20,191 bases of DNA from Promethearchaeia archaeon. Lineage in GTDB: Archaea > Asgardarchaeota > Lokiarchaeia > Sigyniarchaeales > SOKP01. Within the stretch, counting starts at the first letter, position 1, and each line of letters starts with the position of its first letter. Positions 8,339 to 17,841 of the stretch are shown here, piece by piece. The translations under genes were made by a program, and so were the position numbers. Below the pieces are notes generated by a model. The model was not told where the DNA came from, ran no database searches, and saw only the letters and a list, made by a program, of their open reading frames with translations. The stretch is taken from contig JAHQWL010000080.1 of NCBI GenBank assembly GCA_029856155.1, forward strand, positions 1 through 20,191, given 5' to 3'.

Positions 8339-9469
8339 TTATATCCATTTTTTTCTTTTAAAGAAATACAACATAACAAGAACTATTGAAACCATTATCA
8401 TTATTAGGATTGGATATGCAAAGGGTTGAGTTAGTTCAGGCATATGAAGGAAGTTCATACCATAAAAACCTGCTAAAAATGATAATGGGATAAAAATTGT
8501 TGAAATGATTGTTAAAACTTTCATAATGTCATTCATCCTATTGCTAACACTTGATAAATACATATCTAACATTCCAAAAATTATATCCCGATAATTTTCT
8601 AACAGATCACTAATTCTAAAAATGTGTTCATATATGTCTCTTAGATAGATCTGTAATTCATCACCGATTAGATTTGATGGTTCACGTTGCAATTTATTGA
8701 TTACTTCTCTTATGGGCCATATTGATTTTCTCAACTCAATAGAAGATCTTTTCAATCGATAAATACTTTGTAGTGTTTCTGGTTCAGGATTCTTTATTAA
8801 AATGTCTTCAATGTTTTCTATATCCTCTCCTACTTTTTCTATTACAATAAAATAATCATCAACTATAATGTCAATTAAAACATAAAATAGGTAATCAGCA
8901 CCCATTACTCGAACTTTTCCTTTTGGAACTTGAATTCTCTCGTAAATAGGATTAAAAAGGTTAGTATCCCGCTCTTGGAATGAAATTACATAATTATCTC
9001 CTAATATTAAACTTATTTGTTCATATTCAAAATCTTGTTGTTCTTGATTCCAACTCAACTTTTTTAGAACTGCAAAAATATAATTCCCAAAATCCTCTAA
9101 TTTAGGTCTTTGATTTGGGCTTAAAATATCTTCTAGAACAAGAGGATGTAAATTAAATTGATGACCAATCTCTTCAATAACTTTTATTTGTGTAAGACCG
9201 TATATGTCAATCCATTTAATGAAAGGCTTTTCAATTTTAGTAAGGTCCATCTGAATCTCTTTAAATTCCTCTGAATTAAAACGATCGGCATTATATTCAG
9301 TTACTTTAATTTTAGTTTTTTCTTTTACTTTATCTCCTGTATAAATTAGAGTTCCTGGAGGAAGACCAACCTTCCTTTTCTTTTTACTTGAAGGAATTGC
9401 ATTTCTTAGAGGTTTAGAAAATCTCCTCAAATTATCCCACCTAAACAATATGAAGTTATTTTTAACCAA
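8339..9469 (-). CDS. corA: Magnesium/cobalt transporter CorA
   Basis: GLPPGTLIYTG N-terminus, LHPLVLEDI...QRPKLE, MNDIMKVLT, YGMNF and MPEL signatures, two C-terminal TM helices. Exact start uncertain. Confidence 0.96.
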   Translation of the reverse strand: MVKNNFILFRWDNLRRFSKPLRNAIPSSKKKRKVGLPPGTLIYTGDKVKEKTKIKVTEYNADRFNSEEFKEIQMDLTKIEKPFIKWIDIYGLTQIKVIEEIGHQFNLHPLVLEDILSPNQRPKLEDFGNYIFAVLKKLSWNQEQQDFEYEQISLILGDNYVISFQERDTNLFNPIYERIQVPKGKVRVMGADYLFYVLIDIIVDDYFIVIEKVGEDIENIEDILIKNPEPETLQSIYRLKRSSIELRKSIWPIREVINKLQREPSNLIGDELQIYLRDIYEHIFRISDLLENYRDIIFGMLDMYLSSVSNRMNDIMKVLTIISTIFIPLSFLAGFYGMNFLHMPELTQPFAYPILIMIMVSIVLVMLYFFKRKKWI

Positions 9470-9571
9470 TTATTTATTAAACCAACTTTTAAAATAAAAG
9501 TTTTCTTATATTTTTTTTAAATAAAATTTAAATTTCAAGATAATTAAAAAATTGGAAACAGATGTTTACGT

Positions 9572-10468
9572 ATGAAAAGAATTTATAGAATACTTATATG
9601 GATATCATTTATTGGAATGTTTGTCTTAATATATTTTTATTCTGGCTTTGAGCAATTATTATTGAATCTAATACTTTTAAATCTGGTCGCCTATGTTTTG
9701 AGATCAATATTAATTGATATATTTCAAAGTTTAATTAAAAAATTATTAGTTCGTTATGTACTCCTGTTAATTATAAATATCATTTGGTTAATATTTCCTT
9801 TTTGGCTGATTGCTAGTTATAATCCTGATTACTTTGTGGCAATTATTTCTTTTCTGGTTGTAGCAATATCATTAACCTTTCAAAACACTATAAATAATGT
9901 TATTAGTGGAATATTATTATTATTTTCAGGGGGATTTGAAGTAGGAGATTTAATTCAAATTAATAATATTGATGGAATAATAAAAGAGATCACATTAAAT
10001 CATATAAAATTAGTAGATTTTGATGGAAGTATCACATATATTCCAAATCGAGTTGCATTTAATTCATCGGTCACTAGATTCACTCATATTGAATTAACAA
10101 AATTTGATAAAATAAATTTTGGATCTATGATAAAAAAAATGAAAAAAACCTTTACTGGGAAAGAAAAATTAACAAGGTATACTAAAGTTGTAGAACTTTT
10201 AGGAACAGTTAATGGGGAAAGAATTGATGAAATTTTAGAACCTATTCTTAAAAAATATGAACCTCATTTTGGGATTAAGCCTTATTTTTATGTGAATAAT
10301 ACTGTTGCTGATCGTTTAAGCATTACATTTCAGATATTATCAAGAGTTCCAAATTTAATTTTAGAATATTTAGATTCTTTTCTTAAAGATGTTCTTTTTC
10401 AAATATATCACAATGAGATTTACTTTGATTGGAATCAAAAAAACCAAGCAAAAAATTCGGTGATATAA
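9572..10468 (+). CDS. MscS-family channel, divergent C-terminal domain
   Basis: About 4 TM helices, FQNTINNVISG, and the FEVGDLIQINNIDGII...DGSITYIPN middle beta-domain. Confidence 0.85.
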   Translation: MKRIYRILIWISFIGMFVLIYFYSGFEQLLLNLILLNLVAYVLRSILIDIFQSLIKKLLVRYVLLLIINIIWLIFPFWLIASYNPDYFVAIISFLVVAISLTFQNTINNVISGILLLFSGGFEVGDLIQINNIDGIIKEITLNHIKLVDFDGSITYIPNRVAFNSSVTRFTHIELTKFDKINFGSMIKKMKKTFTGKEKLTRYTKVVELLGTVNGERIDEILEPILKKYEPHFGIKPYFYVNNTVADRLSITFQILSRVPNLILEYLDSFLKDVLFQIYHNEIYFDWNQKNQAKNSVI

Positions 10469-10470
10469 AG

Positions 10471-11373
10471 TTGGTGGCAATATTTAGAACAGATTTCGAG
10501 GCTCTTGTTTATTTAATTATAATAGGAATTGGAATATATTTAATAAACAAATTTATATCATCTATAGTAGGGCATATTAAAAGAATTCCATTAAAAGAAA
10601 AAATCATTGTTAAGTTTTTATTAAAAATCATCTCTATTTTCGTAATCATATATTTTATAACTGCAGGTTTTCCAAGTTTTGATGATATACCACCAGAATA
10701 TGTAGCCATTTTGACAAGTTCAATAAGTATTGCTATTGCTTTTGCATCCAGTGGAATTTTCACCAATTTAATATCAGGAATGGTTTTGATGATTATACGT
10801 CCTTTAGATGTCGGAGATCTAGTTAAGATTGAAAATGATAAAGGTATAGTAAGATCGATAGGGTTAACAAAAACTATACTAGAGACTTTTGATAATATTT
10901 TAATTGAGAAATCAAATTCTCAAATAATTTCTGCTACTATTGTGAATTACACAGTCAAGCTTGGTAGAAGAAAAAGTTTTGAAGATTTCAAAAAAAAAAT
11001 TCTTGTACCTCAAGATAAAGGAATTTTAAAAATTCAAGAAACTCTTGGTGATAAAGACTTAGAACGTGATTTAAGAGAAGCTTATGATAAACTTCATTCT
11101 AAACTTTATCCAAACCTCTATAACTATTCATTTAGAATGACATTTCCCTATAAAAGGTTTCGATTGATAATAGACAACATAGAGGCGCTATGTTTGAAAT
11201 ATAAAGAAAGTGGTATTTTTCGACTTAAACCACGATTTGATATTGTAGATTTTGGTTTTAGAATAACAGTAAAATTCCGTATTTTAACATTTACTCCTCA
11301 AAAAATATTTGATTTCCAACCAAAATTTGCTAAAGAAGTATATAATATAATTTATAAATATAGCGATAAATAA
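10471..11373 (+). CDS. MscS-family channel, divergent C-terminal domain with a charged insertion
   Basis: Three TM helices, IAFASSGIFTNLISG and RPLDVGDLVKI. GGTGA at 10459-10463 favours TTG 10471 as the start, 2 nt after the upstream stop, rather than 10429. Confidence 0.85.
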   Translation: MVAIFRTDFEALVYLIIIGIGIYLINKFISSIVGHIKRIPLKEKIIVKFLLKIISIFVIIYFITAGFPSFDDIPPEYVAILTSSISIAIAFASSGIFTNLISGMVLMIIRPLDVGDLVKIENDKGIVRSIGLTKTILETFDNILIEKSNSQIISATIVNYTVKLGRRKSFEDFKKKILVPQDKGILKIQETLGDKDLERDLREAYDKLHSKLYPNLYNYSFRMTFPYKRFRLIIDNIEALCLKYKESGIFRLKPRFDIVDFGFRITVKFRILTFTPQKIFDFQPKFAKEVYNIIYKYSDK

Positions 11374-11515
11374 AAAGAAATAAGGATATTTAATTGAATT
11401 TTTTATATAATCTAGTAGAATTACTCATATGGAAGATATTTTACAATTTTTGCAGATTAATAAGAAGAAAAACCCTTCTAATATTTAATAATGTCTAATA
11501 AAAAAGTAAAATATC

Positions 11516-12151
11516 TTAAATAGCTACAACAATACCATAATTCTTAAGATCTTCTACTAATTTTTCTGTGTAGTAATAATGGATTCCTTTAAAACCTAAA
11601 GATCGAGCAATCTTTATGTTTTTCTTCTCATCATCTATTAATATTGCTTCTGATGGCTCACATTCTATATGCTTGATTAATTCTTCATAGAATTCAATAT
11701 CATCTTTATTTTTTTGATAATCAAAGCTGAATACAGTATCATCAAAATATTTTAAAAAATCACATTTTTTGTCCAGATATTCAATACGTTCTCTCACATT
11801 TCCACTGAAAATTAGTAATCTATATTTTTTTTTTAATACTTTTATTAAATCTTCAATACCATAATGAATACAATAAGATCCAAACCATATATATCGAGTA
11901 TGTTTTTTTTCTTTTTTGTTAATTTCTAATTTTGTAAATAATTTGTCTTCAAACTCATCAATAGTCATTAATCCCTTCCTTAACAAATTGCCTTCTGAAT
12001 TTGGTTTATCACTAAAAATTTCGCGAAGTAATTTTTCATTTTTAATATCATAGATTTCTCTAATTTTCTCGATTGCCAAAAAAGATCCTGGTGTAAAATA
12101 GACTCCTCCTAAATCAAAAATTATTGTCTTAATATTGTTCATTTCTGACAA
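11516..12151 (-). CDS. HAD-superfamily hydrolase (subfamily IA, YihX-like)
   Basis: Motif I IIFDLGGV, motif II FSGN, a motif III Lys region and motif IV LIDD...NIKIA...G. Confidence 0.88.
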   Translation of the reverse strand: MSEMNNIKTIIFDLGGVYFTPGSFLAIEKIREIYDIKNEKLLREIFSDKPNSEGNLLRKGLMTIDEFEDKLFTKLEINKKEKKHTRYIWFGSYCIHYGIEDLIKVLKKKYRLLIFSGNVRERIEYLDKKCDFLKYFDDTVFSFDYQKNKDDIEFYEELIKHIECEPSEAILIDDEKKNIKIARSLGFKGIHYYYTEKLVEDLKNYGIVVAI

Positions 12152-12299
12152 ATCTCATACTTTTCATAATTCAAATTCTAAAGAATTCATAAGAAAAGAT
12201 AATGTTTATTATTTTAAGAACAAGATTAATTCTTATTCGTCTACATTATGTTTATAATATATATTTTCTAAATATAAAAATAATTAATAACAGATTTAC

Positions 12300-12947
12300 T
12301 TAAACATTTTTCTTTCTTCTCTTAATTCTCTTTAAATATTTCGGTTTTTGTTGTGCTAACGGTTTTATGTACCCTAGTAAATCGTCAAAAACTATTTTTT
12401 GCTTTAATTGTGGACGAAAAACAAACTTAAAATATTTTTTTTTCCAATAGAAACGTAAACTATTAAGATATACTAAAATTTCTGTAATTTGTTGGGGGTT
12501 AATTTCTGTATATGAAGTTATTATATTTTCCTCGGTATTAGATTCAATATTTCTCTTTAATAAACTGCCATCCGTTTTCAATATATAGATTGTTCCATTT
12601 AAATATGCATCATTTTCTTTATTATGAGTTAATCCGAGATACCGTGCGTATAAATTAAAATATTGATTAATCTTAGCATATAGATAATTTTTCTGTATTA
12701 CATCACGATTCTTATTTTTTATTAATGTCTTTAGTTCTTGGTCCTCCATTTCTCCTGTGCTAGTTTGGAGTATTTCATAATATTTCACTTGGAGGTTGGT
12801 AAATATTAGCATCTCTATATCCCTATAAAAATCCTGAACTTCAACAGATAAAATCCTGTCATCTTTGAGGTGATCCCAGATTAATAAGAAAAGTACTGCA
12901 ATTGAAACCCCTAGACTAACATATACAATGATATCCTGAGGATTCAT
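12300..12947 (-). CDS. Hypothetical protein with a single N-terminal TM anchor and basic C-terminal tail
   Basis: Hydrophobic IIVYVSLGVSIAVLFLLIW. 215-aa ORF with ATG start, ending KRIKRRKKNV. No family recognised. Confidence 0.7.
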   Translation of the reverse strand: MNPQDIIVYVSLGVSIAVLFLLIWDHLKDDRILSVEVQDFYRDIEMLIFTNLQVKYYEILQTSTGEMEDQELKTLIKNKNRDVIQKNYLYAKINQYFNLYARYLGLTHNKENDAYLNGTIYILKTDGSLLKRNIESNTEENIITSYTEINPQQITEILVYLNSLRFYWKKKYFKFVFRPQLKQKIVFDDLLGYIKPLAQQKPKYLKRIKRRKKNV

Positions 12948-13335
12948 TATTTTTGAATATTTTCTTGTTTTTAAATTAGTATATAATGTGACTTAGGTAA
13001 TTATATATACTTTTATTATTAAATTTATCATGAATTCTTTAGACATTCTTATAAGATTGGATAGAGAGATTCTCATTTTAAAAAAATTCACTCTGAATAT
13101 TCTATTTTTTTAACAAATTTGATGGAAAATTTATATCGATAAAATCGATTACGTTAAATCAACCAATAAGAAATAACTTTCCTATAAAGACGAATTAAGA
13201 TCGTTCCTGCATTTTAATTTTTTATTAATTTAATATCTTCTAATCTAAAAGCTATTAAAATTAATACTCTACTGAACCCAAAACCTTGAGTGAGAAAAAA
13301 CCATACATAAATTTTAAAAAAAAGTAATTTTTAAT

Positions 13336-13899
13336 TTATTTTTTGAATTTTTCTTTTCCTGTAAAGCCAACTAAAAATCTAGCAAAACCACTCAGAAACA
13401 TAGAAATAGCGAACATAGAAAAAACCATTGAATTACTTAAGGATGGTGCAAACAGTACAATTAATGATAAAACGACTACAACAACACCTATAATGAAGAG
13501 GAGTATTCGATACCATTTCAAATAATTAGCACCTGCTAGTCCTATAAAGATTCTCGAAATTCCTACGATTAATATAATAATCGAATATATAAAAATTATT
13601 AATGCTACTGAAAATGTAGGATTTGAAAATACAGCAATTATCATAGAAATTGAAACTACAATTAAGATAATCCCAGATATAAATTTAACAATTGCACCAG
13701 CACCAGTTAGTTCTTCATTTGAGAATGCATTAAATATTCTTCCCATACCTGATAATATTAAAATTGCCGAAAACAATAGGATAAGTAATAAAATTGCAGC
13801 ACCAGAATAAAAGAATATTGTAATAGCAAGTATCATTATTAATAAACCGTTTGTTATATTTGATGCATTTAGTCCCTTCTCAACTGATTTTTCACTCAT
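13336..13899 (-). CDS. HdeD/DUF308-like integral membrane protein
   Basis: Six TM helices in a repeated pattern (ILSGMGRI / IVGISRI / LSGFARF), 187 aa. Confidence 0.7.
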   Translation of the reverse strand: MSEKSVEKGLNASNITNGLLIMILAITIFFYSGAAILLLILLFSAILILSGMGRIFNAFSNEELTGAGAIVKFISGIILIVVSISMIIAVFSNPTFSVALIIFIYSIIILIVGISRIFIGLAGANYLKWYRILLFIIGVVVVVLSLIVLFAPSLSNSMVFSMFAISMFLSGFARFLVGFTGKEKFKK

Positions 13900-14069
13900 A
13901 ATAATACCACAATTGTATTTTTTTATTAAAAATTTTTGAAATTGAATCCAGATATGTAATATATTAACTCAAATTTATTTATAATTTTAACTTACAATTT
14001 ATAAATTTAAGTTCTATTCTTCGAATACACTTTTCTAACTTAATTTTTTGAAGAATTATTTGAAAGTAA

Positions 14070-14459
14070 AGAAAAATTTTAATTGCTTTACTCGCAATAG
14101 GGATTTTTGGCAGCCGATTAGAATCTCGTGTTGAAGTGATCGTTTTTAGCTGCGGTCATTTCTTGCCAATTTGTATAACTCTACTTATCGAAAGATTATT
14201 GATTAAAGACGCCTTTTTCTTAATGATAGGAGGGATTTTATTCATTATGATTTATTATGCGGAATTTAAACGTGTTAAGAGTAAAAAGAGAAAAAAGCCT
14301 TAAGTGTGTTTTATACTATAAATTTCTAAATATGGATTATTCATAGAAGCAATAGAACTCTCAAATATCCCTGTTTTTCATAGTATCGAAGAAGCAGTTT
14401 AATTAGTTCAAGCTCTTAAAATATTAACGAGAAGAAATAAATTTAAAAATTGGAAGTAA
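14070..14459 (+). pseudogene. Probable gene debris: a hydrophobic ORF fragment plus a fragment resembling an acyl-CoA ligase (ADP-forming) domain end
   Basis: 14070-14303 is an open hydrophobic frame ending LMIGGILFIMIYYAEFKRVKSKKRKKP*. 14325-14459 reads ...IELSNIPVFHSIEEAV*LVQALK with an internal TAA at 14400. Confidence 0.3.
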
Positions 14460-14538
14460 TAAAATAATTTAATAAATTAAATCTAACAATTAATCATGTT
14501 TAAAAACATATATTTAAACAAAGTAAATCTAATTAAAA

Positions 14539-15805
14539 ATGTCTGATATATCCAATGCTAAAGCGCTATTCGATAAAGATCATATTTATGATTATATCAC
14601 CACATTTGATTTTCCTCGTCTTGCAGGAACTGAGGGAGAGAAAAGAGCAGTAGAGCTTTCTAAAGAAGCTTTTAAAAATATTGGATTTGAGAAAAATCAA
14701 ATAATAAACCAACCCTTTAAATTCTCAAACTTTTATTCTGAAATACTTATAAAGATTCTTATCCTAATCAATCTAATTTTTGTAATAATTGTTTTTTTAA
14801 TCAAATATATATACTTTCTTAACTATTGCTATAATTGTAACTTTTATTCTTGTTTTTCTTTTAATGATTAAATTGTTAAGATATCCTGAACTTAATGAAT
14901 TTTGGGAAAAGCATTTTGGAAAAATTTATGAAGCCACAAATGTTTTTGTAAAAGTTCCATCTAAAAGCATTAAATCAGAAAGATCTGGAGATATTATTGT
15001 ATCTGCTCATTTAGACTCAAAATCACAGACATTTAAAACAATTTGGAGAGTAATATTTTCAAGATCTTGGTTATTTGGCGATATTGGTTTATTAATTCTC
15101 TATACTTTTTTTTTAGTTGATTATCATAATCTTGTGAATTTTAAACCATTTCTTATAATAATTGAACTAGGGATAATTATTTCAACTTTTTTAATTATTT
15201 TATCCAATATTTATCTATTATTTCTAAAAACCGAAAATAAATCACCGGGTTCATTGGATAATGCTTCTGGAATGGCAATCGTTTTTGAACTGGGTTCATT
15301 TTTTAGAAGAAATCCTTTAGAAAATTACAATCTATGGTTTTGTCAATTTTCAGCTGAAGAGAGAGGAACTATGGGATCTCGAAACTTTCTTGATGTCTAT
15401 GAAAATGAATTTCTTACAGATTCAAATTTTCAATTTAATTTTGATATGGTATCAATATCAGAAAGTAAGAGGAATCAGGTTGAATATATTAAATCTTATG
15501 GTATTTTACCTCGAAAAAAAATTTCGTCAAAAATAAGCAAATACGTTCATAAAGCAGCTACTGAAGAAAATATTAAGTTACATAGTTTCCATGTTTCAGT
15601 TGGTGCTCATACAGATTCATTACCTTTTCATTTAAGAAAATTCAATTCAATTGATTTTACAACTTATGCCGCAGCAAAATTTACCCATAGTGAAAATGAC
15701 ACCCCAGAAAAAGTGGATCCACAGATTTTACTTGAGACTTGTCTAATTGCCCTAAAATCAATTTTGTTTCTCGACAAAGATTTTAATAAGCTCTCTAATA
15801 ATTGA
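14539..15805 (+). pseudogene. Membrane-embedded M28-family zinc peptidase split by a frameshift (ORFs 14539..14871 and 14864..15805); real lesion or sequencing error
   Basis: N-part has PRLAGTEGE; C-part has SAHLDS, GSLDNASG, SAEERG, NFDM and THSENDT. The frame changes near 14805-14815, where the downstream frame already encodes a TM helix (TFLTIAIIVTFILVFLLM). Confidence 0.85.
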
Positions 15806-16112
15806 GTTTTACATTCCTCTTATATAAAAAAAATCTAAACTCCTTAGTTTGTTATTGAACTTTAAAAGTGTCTTTTAAAATATAATCAAATTATTAATAT
15901 TTAATTATGTTGACACCAAATTTATAATTAGAACTCATCATTTCTTTAATAAATATGAATTTTAATAATCAAGTGAAGAAATCATAAATCTAAAGAGCCG
16001 ATTATCATCTATTAAGGATAAGTTACATCAAAAACTTACATCGTTCTTTAAAGAAGAGGTTGATAGTAGAGATCTGAAAAATCTTGAGAAAATTATACTC
16101 TTAATCATAGTC

Positions 16113-17759
16113 TTGATTTTTACACTTATAGGTTTAGATTTTAATAAATCTCAAAGTTATAATAAATATGAGAGAGTGCAATTTTACTCGGCGGGAGCGA
16201 CATTATATGCGAATTTATATTATCCTGCTAAATCTTTATCCTTTCAAGAAAAGAGACCATTGATTATTTATTGTCACGGAATTGGAAGTCAGCGTGATTT
16301 CGATCTTAGAATACCTATAGAATTCTCTAAACGTGGTTTTTATGTTGCTGCTCTGGATTATCATGGACATGGCGAAAGTGGTGGTACTATTAATGATATT
16401 GACACGACAACTAATATACCTGCTCTTGCTGAAGATTGTACAAAATTATTAGAAAAGCTCAAGACTTTATCATTTTTCTCAGACGTTAATATTTCTCAGA
16501 TTGGATTAATTGGTCATTCACTGGGAGGAATGGTAGTTCTCATGAATCAAGCTCTAAATTCAGAATTTAAAGCAACCGTTGCATGGGCTCCTCTTGTAAA
16601 TTTCACACCACCTAAATTTGGGCTTGGATGGCAAGGTTATGAGCAATATATACCTGCTAATTTAATTAATGCTACAAATTCTGAAAATCTACTAATTATT
16701 ATGCATGTAAATGATGAAGCTTTAGATTATTCTGAAAATGCATTAGTTGCAAATAAATTGACAAATTGTTCTGTAATCAATGTAACAAGGCCCCTAATTG
16801 GAGGTGGGCATCAATTATTTTCAGACCAAGTTCTTATTGATTCAATTCAATACTTCGAAACACAGTTTTTTAATTCCGAGAGCATAAATGGTCCAATTAC
16901 AATAACTTACATTTGGAATTATATATTAATTTTTGTAAACTTAGGGCTACTTATCACAATAATATTCCTACTTATTTCATATAGTTCAAAATTTTTTCGA
17001 ATAAATTCAAAATCAAGCAATCTACTTAGTAAGAATGAAAATAAACGCTTCTCTAAAATGAGAAAAATTAGTAAGATTGTATTAATATTTTTTTTCTCTT
17101 CGATTTTTCTCTTAAATTGGCAGTTTTTTGCCTCCGTTTTTGGATTAATCGGAATATTTATTGCATCTCTTCTTTTTAGTTTCTTCTACTTAGTAATCAA
17201 ACTACTTAGATATTTTATAGGATTTAAAAAACTAAAAGTTGAATCTAAGTTAAGAGAAATAAAAAATCACATTAAAAAAGAATTAGATATGAGAGTTCTT
17301 ATTTATTCAACGATTTGTGCCTGGTACTTTATTGTTATTTATTTAATTTTTACCTACTTTTATCCATTCGCCTTTATATGGCCTTCGAATATATTAAGCA
17401 TATTCATTTCGATATTATTTTTTCCAGTTTATTATTCAATTGAAATTTTATTTAGAAAACTTATATACCCTCAATTAAGTTTTGTAAAATCAGAAAAAAC
17501 TAAAGCAAAACTAATTATACTCTATGCATTTATGATTTATGGAATCTTAATGATTTTTGCTCAAAATTTCTCCTATTTACCTTCAGTTTTGTTTACTTTC
17601 TTAATTTTACTTATAGTTACTGTGGGTAACACTATTATTTTTGAACACACTAGACGATTTAGTGCAGTATTATTGAGTTCTTTTAATATAATCATATTAT
17701 TCTTCTCAGCAATAATTTCAAATGTAATAGGAATAGGTATTGTTGGTCATTTGTTCTAA
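16113..17759 (+). CDS. Alpha/beta-hydrolase fold enzyme with C-terminal multi-pass membrane domain; true start probably upstream (ATG 15955 via a frameshift)
   Basis: HGIGS oxyanion loop, LDYHGHGES, GHSLGG nucleophile elbow, candidate Asp (NDEAL) and His (GGGHQ), then about 8 TM segments. The frame stays open upstream to 15969. Confidence 0.85.
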   Translation: MIFTLIGLDFNKSQSYNKYERVQFYSAGATLYANLYYPAKSLSFQEKRPLIIYCHGIGSQRDFDLRIPIEFSKRGFYVAALDYHGHGESGGTINDIDTTTNIPALAEDCTKLLEKLKTLSFFSDVNISQIGLIGHSLGGMVVLMNQALNSEFKATVAWAPLVNFTPPKFGLGWQGYEQYIPANLINATNSENLLIIMHVNDEALDYSENALVANKLTNCSVINVTRPLIGGGHQLFSDQVLIDSIQYFETQFFNSESINGPITITYIWNYILIFVNLGLLITIIFLLISYSSKFFRINSKSSNLLSKNENKRFSKMRKISKIVLIFFFSSIFLLNWQFFASVFGLIGIFIASLLFSFFYLVIKLLRYFIGFKKLKVESKLREIKNHIKKELDMRVLIYSTICAWYFIVIYLIFTYFYPFAFIWPSNILSIFISILFFPVYYSIEILFRKLIYPQLSFVKSEKTKAKLIILYAFMIYGILMIFAQNFSYLPSVLFTFLILLIVTVGNTIIFEHTRRFSAVLLSSFNIIILFFSAIISNVIGIGIVGHLF

Positions 17760-17841
17760 AAATTAAATGGTTTGGTTAATTATTATAACTATATTTTATT
17801 AAATTACATAAGTATAATTTGCTAATTAACGTGATTTAAGA

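Noticed and set aside
9368-9385. KKKRKV in the CorA N-terminus matches the SV40 NLS core; similar Lys runs occur in the microprotein and RHH N-termini
   Set aside because: CorA proteins commonly have a basic stretch before GLPPG, and Lys runs are expected in an AT-rich genome. There is no support for an NLS function.
10509-10766. 85-aa minus-strand ORF
   Set aside because: Antisense to a well-supported MscS-family gene, with no motif.
13343-13525. 60-aa plus-strand ORF
   Set aside because: Antisense to the HdeD/DUF308-like gene.
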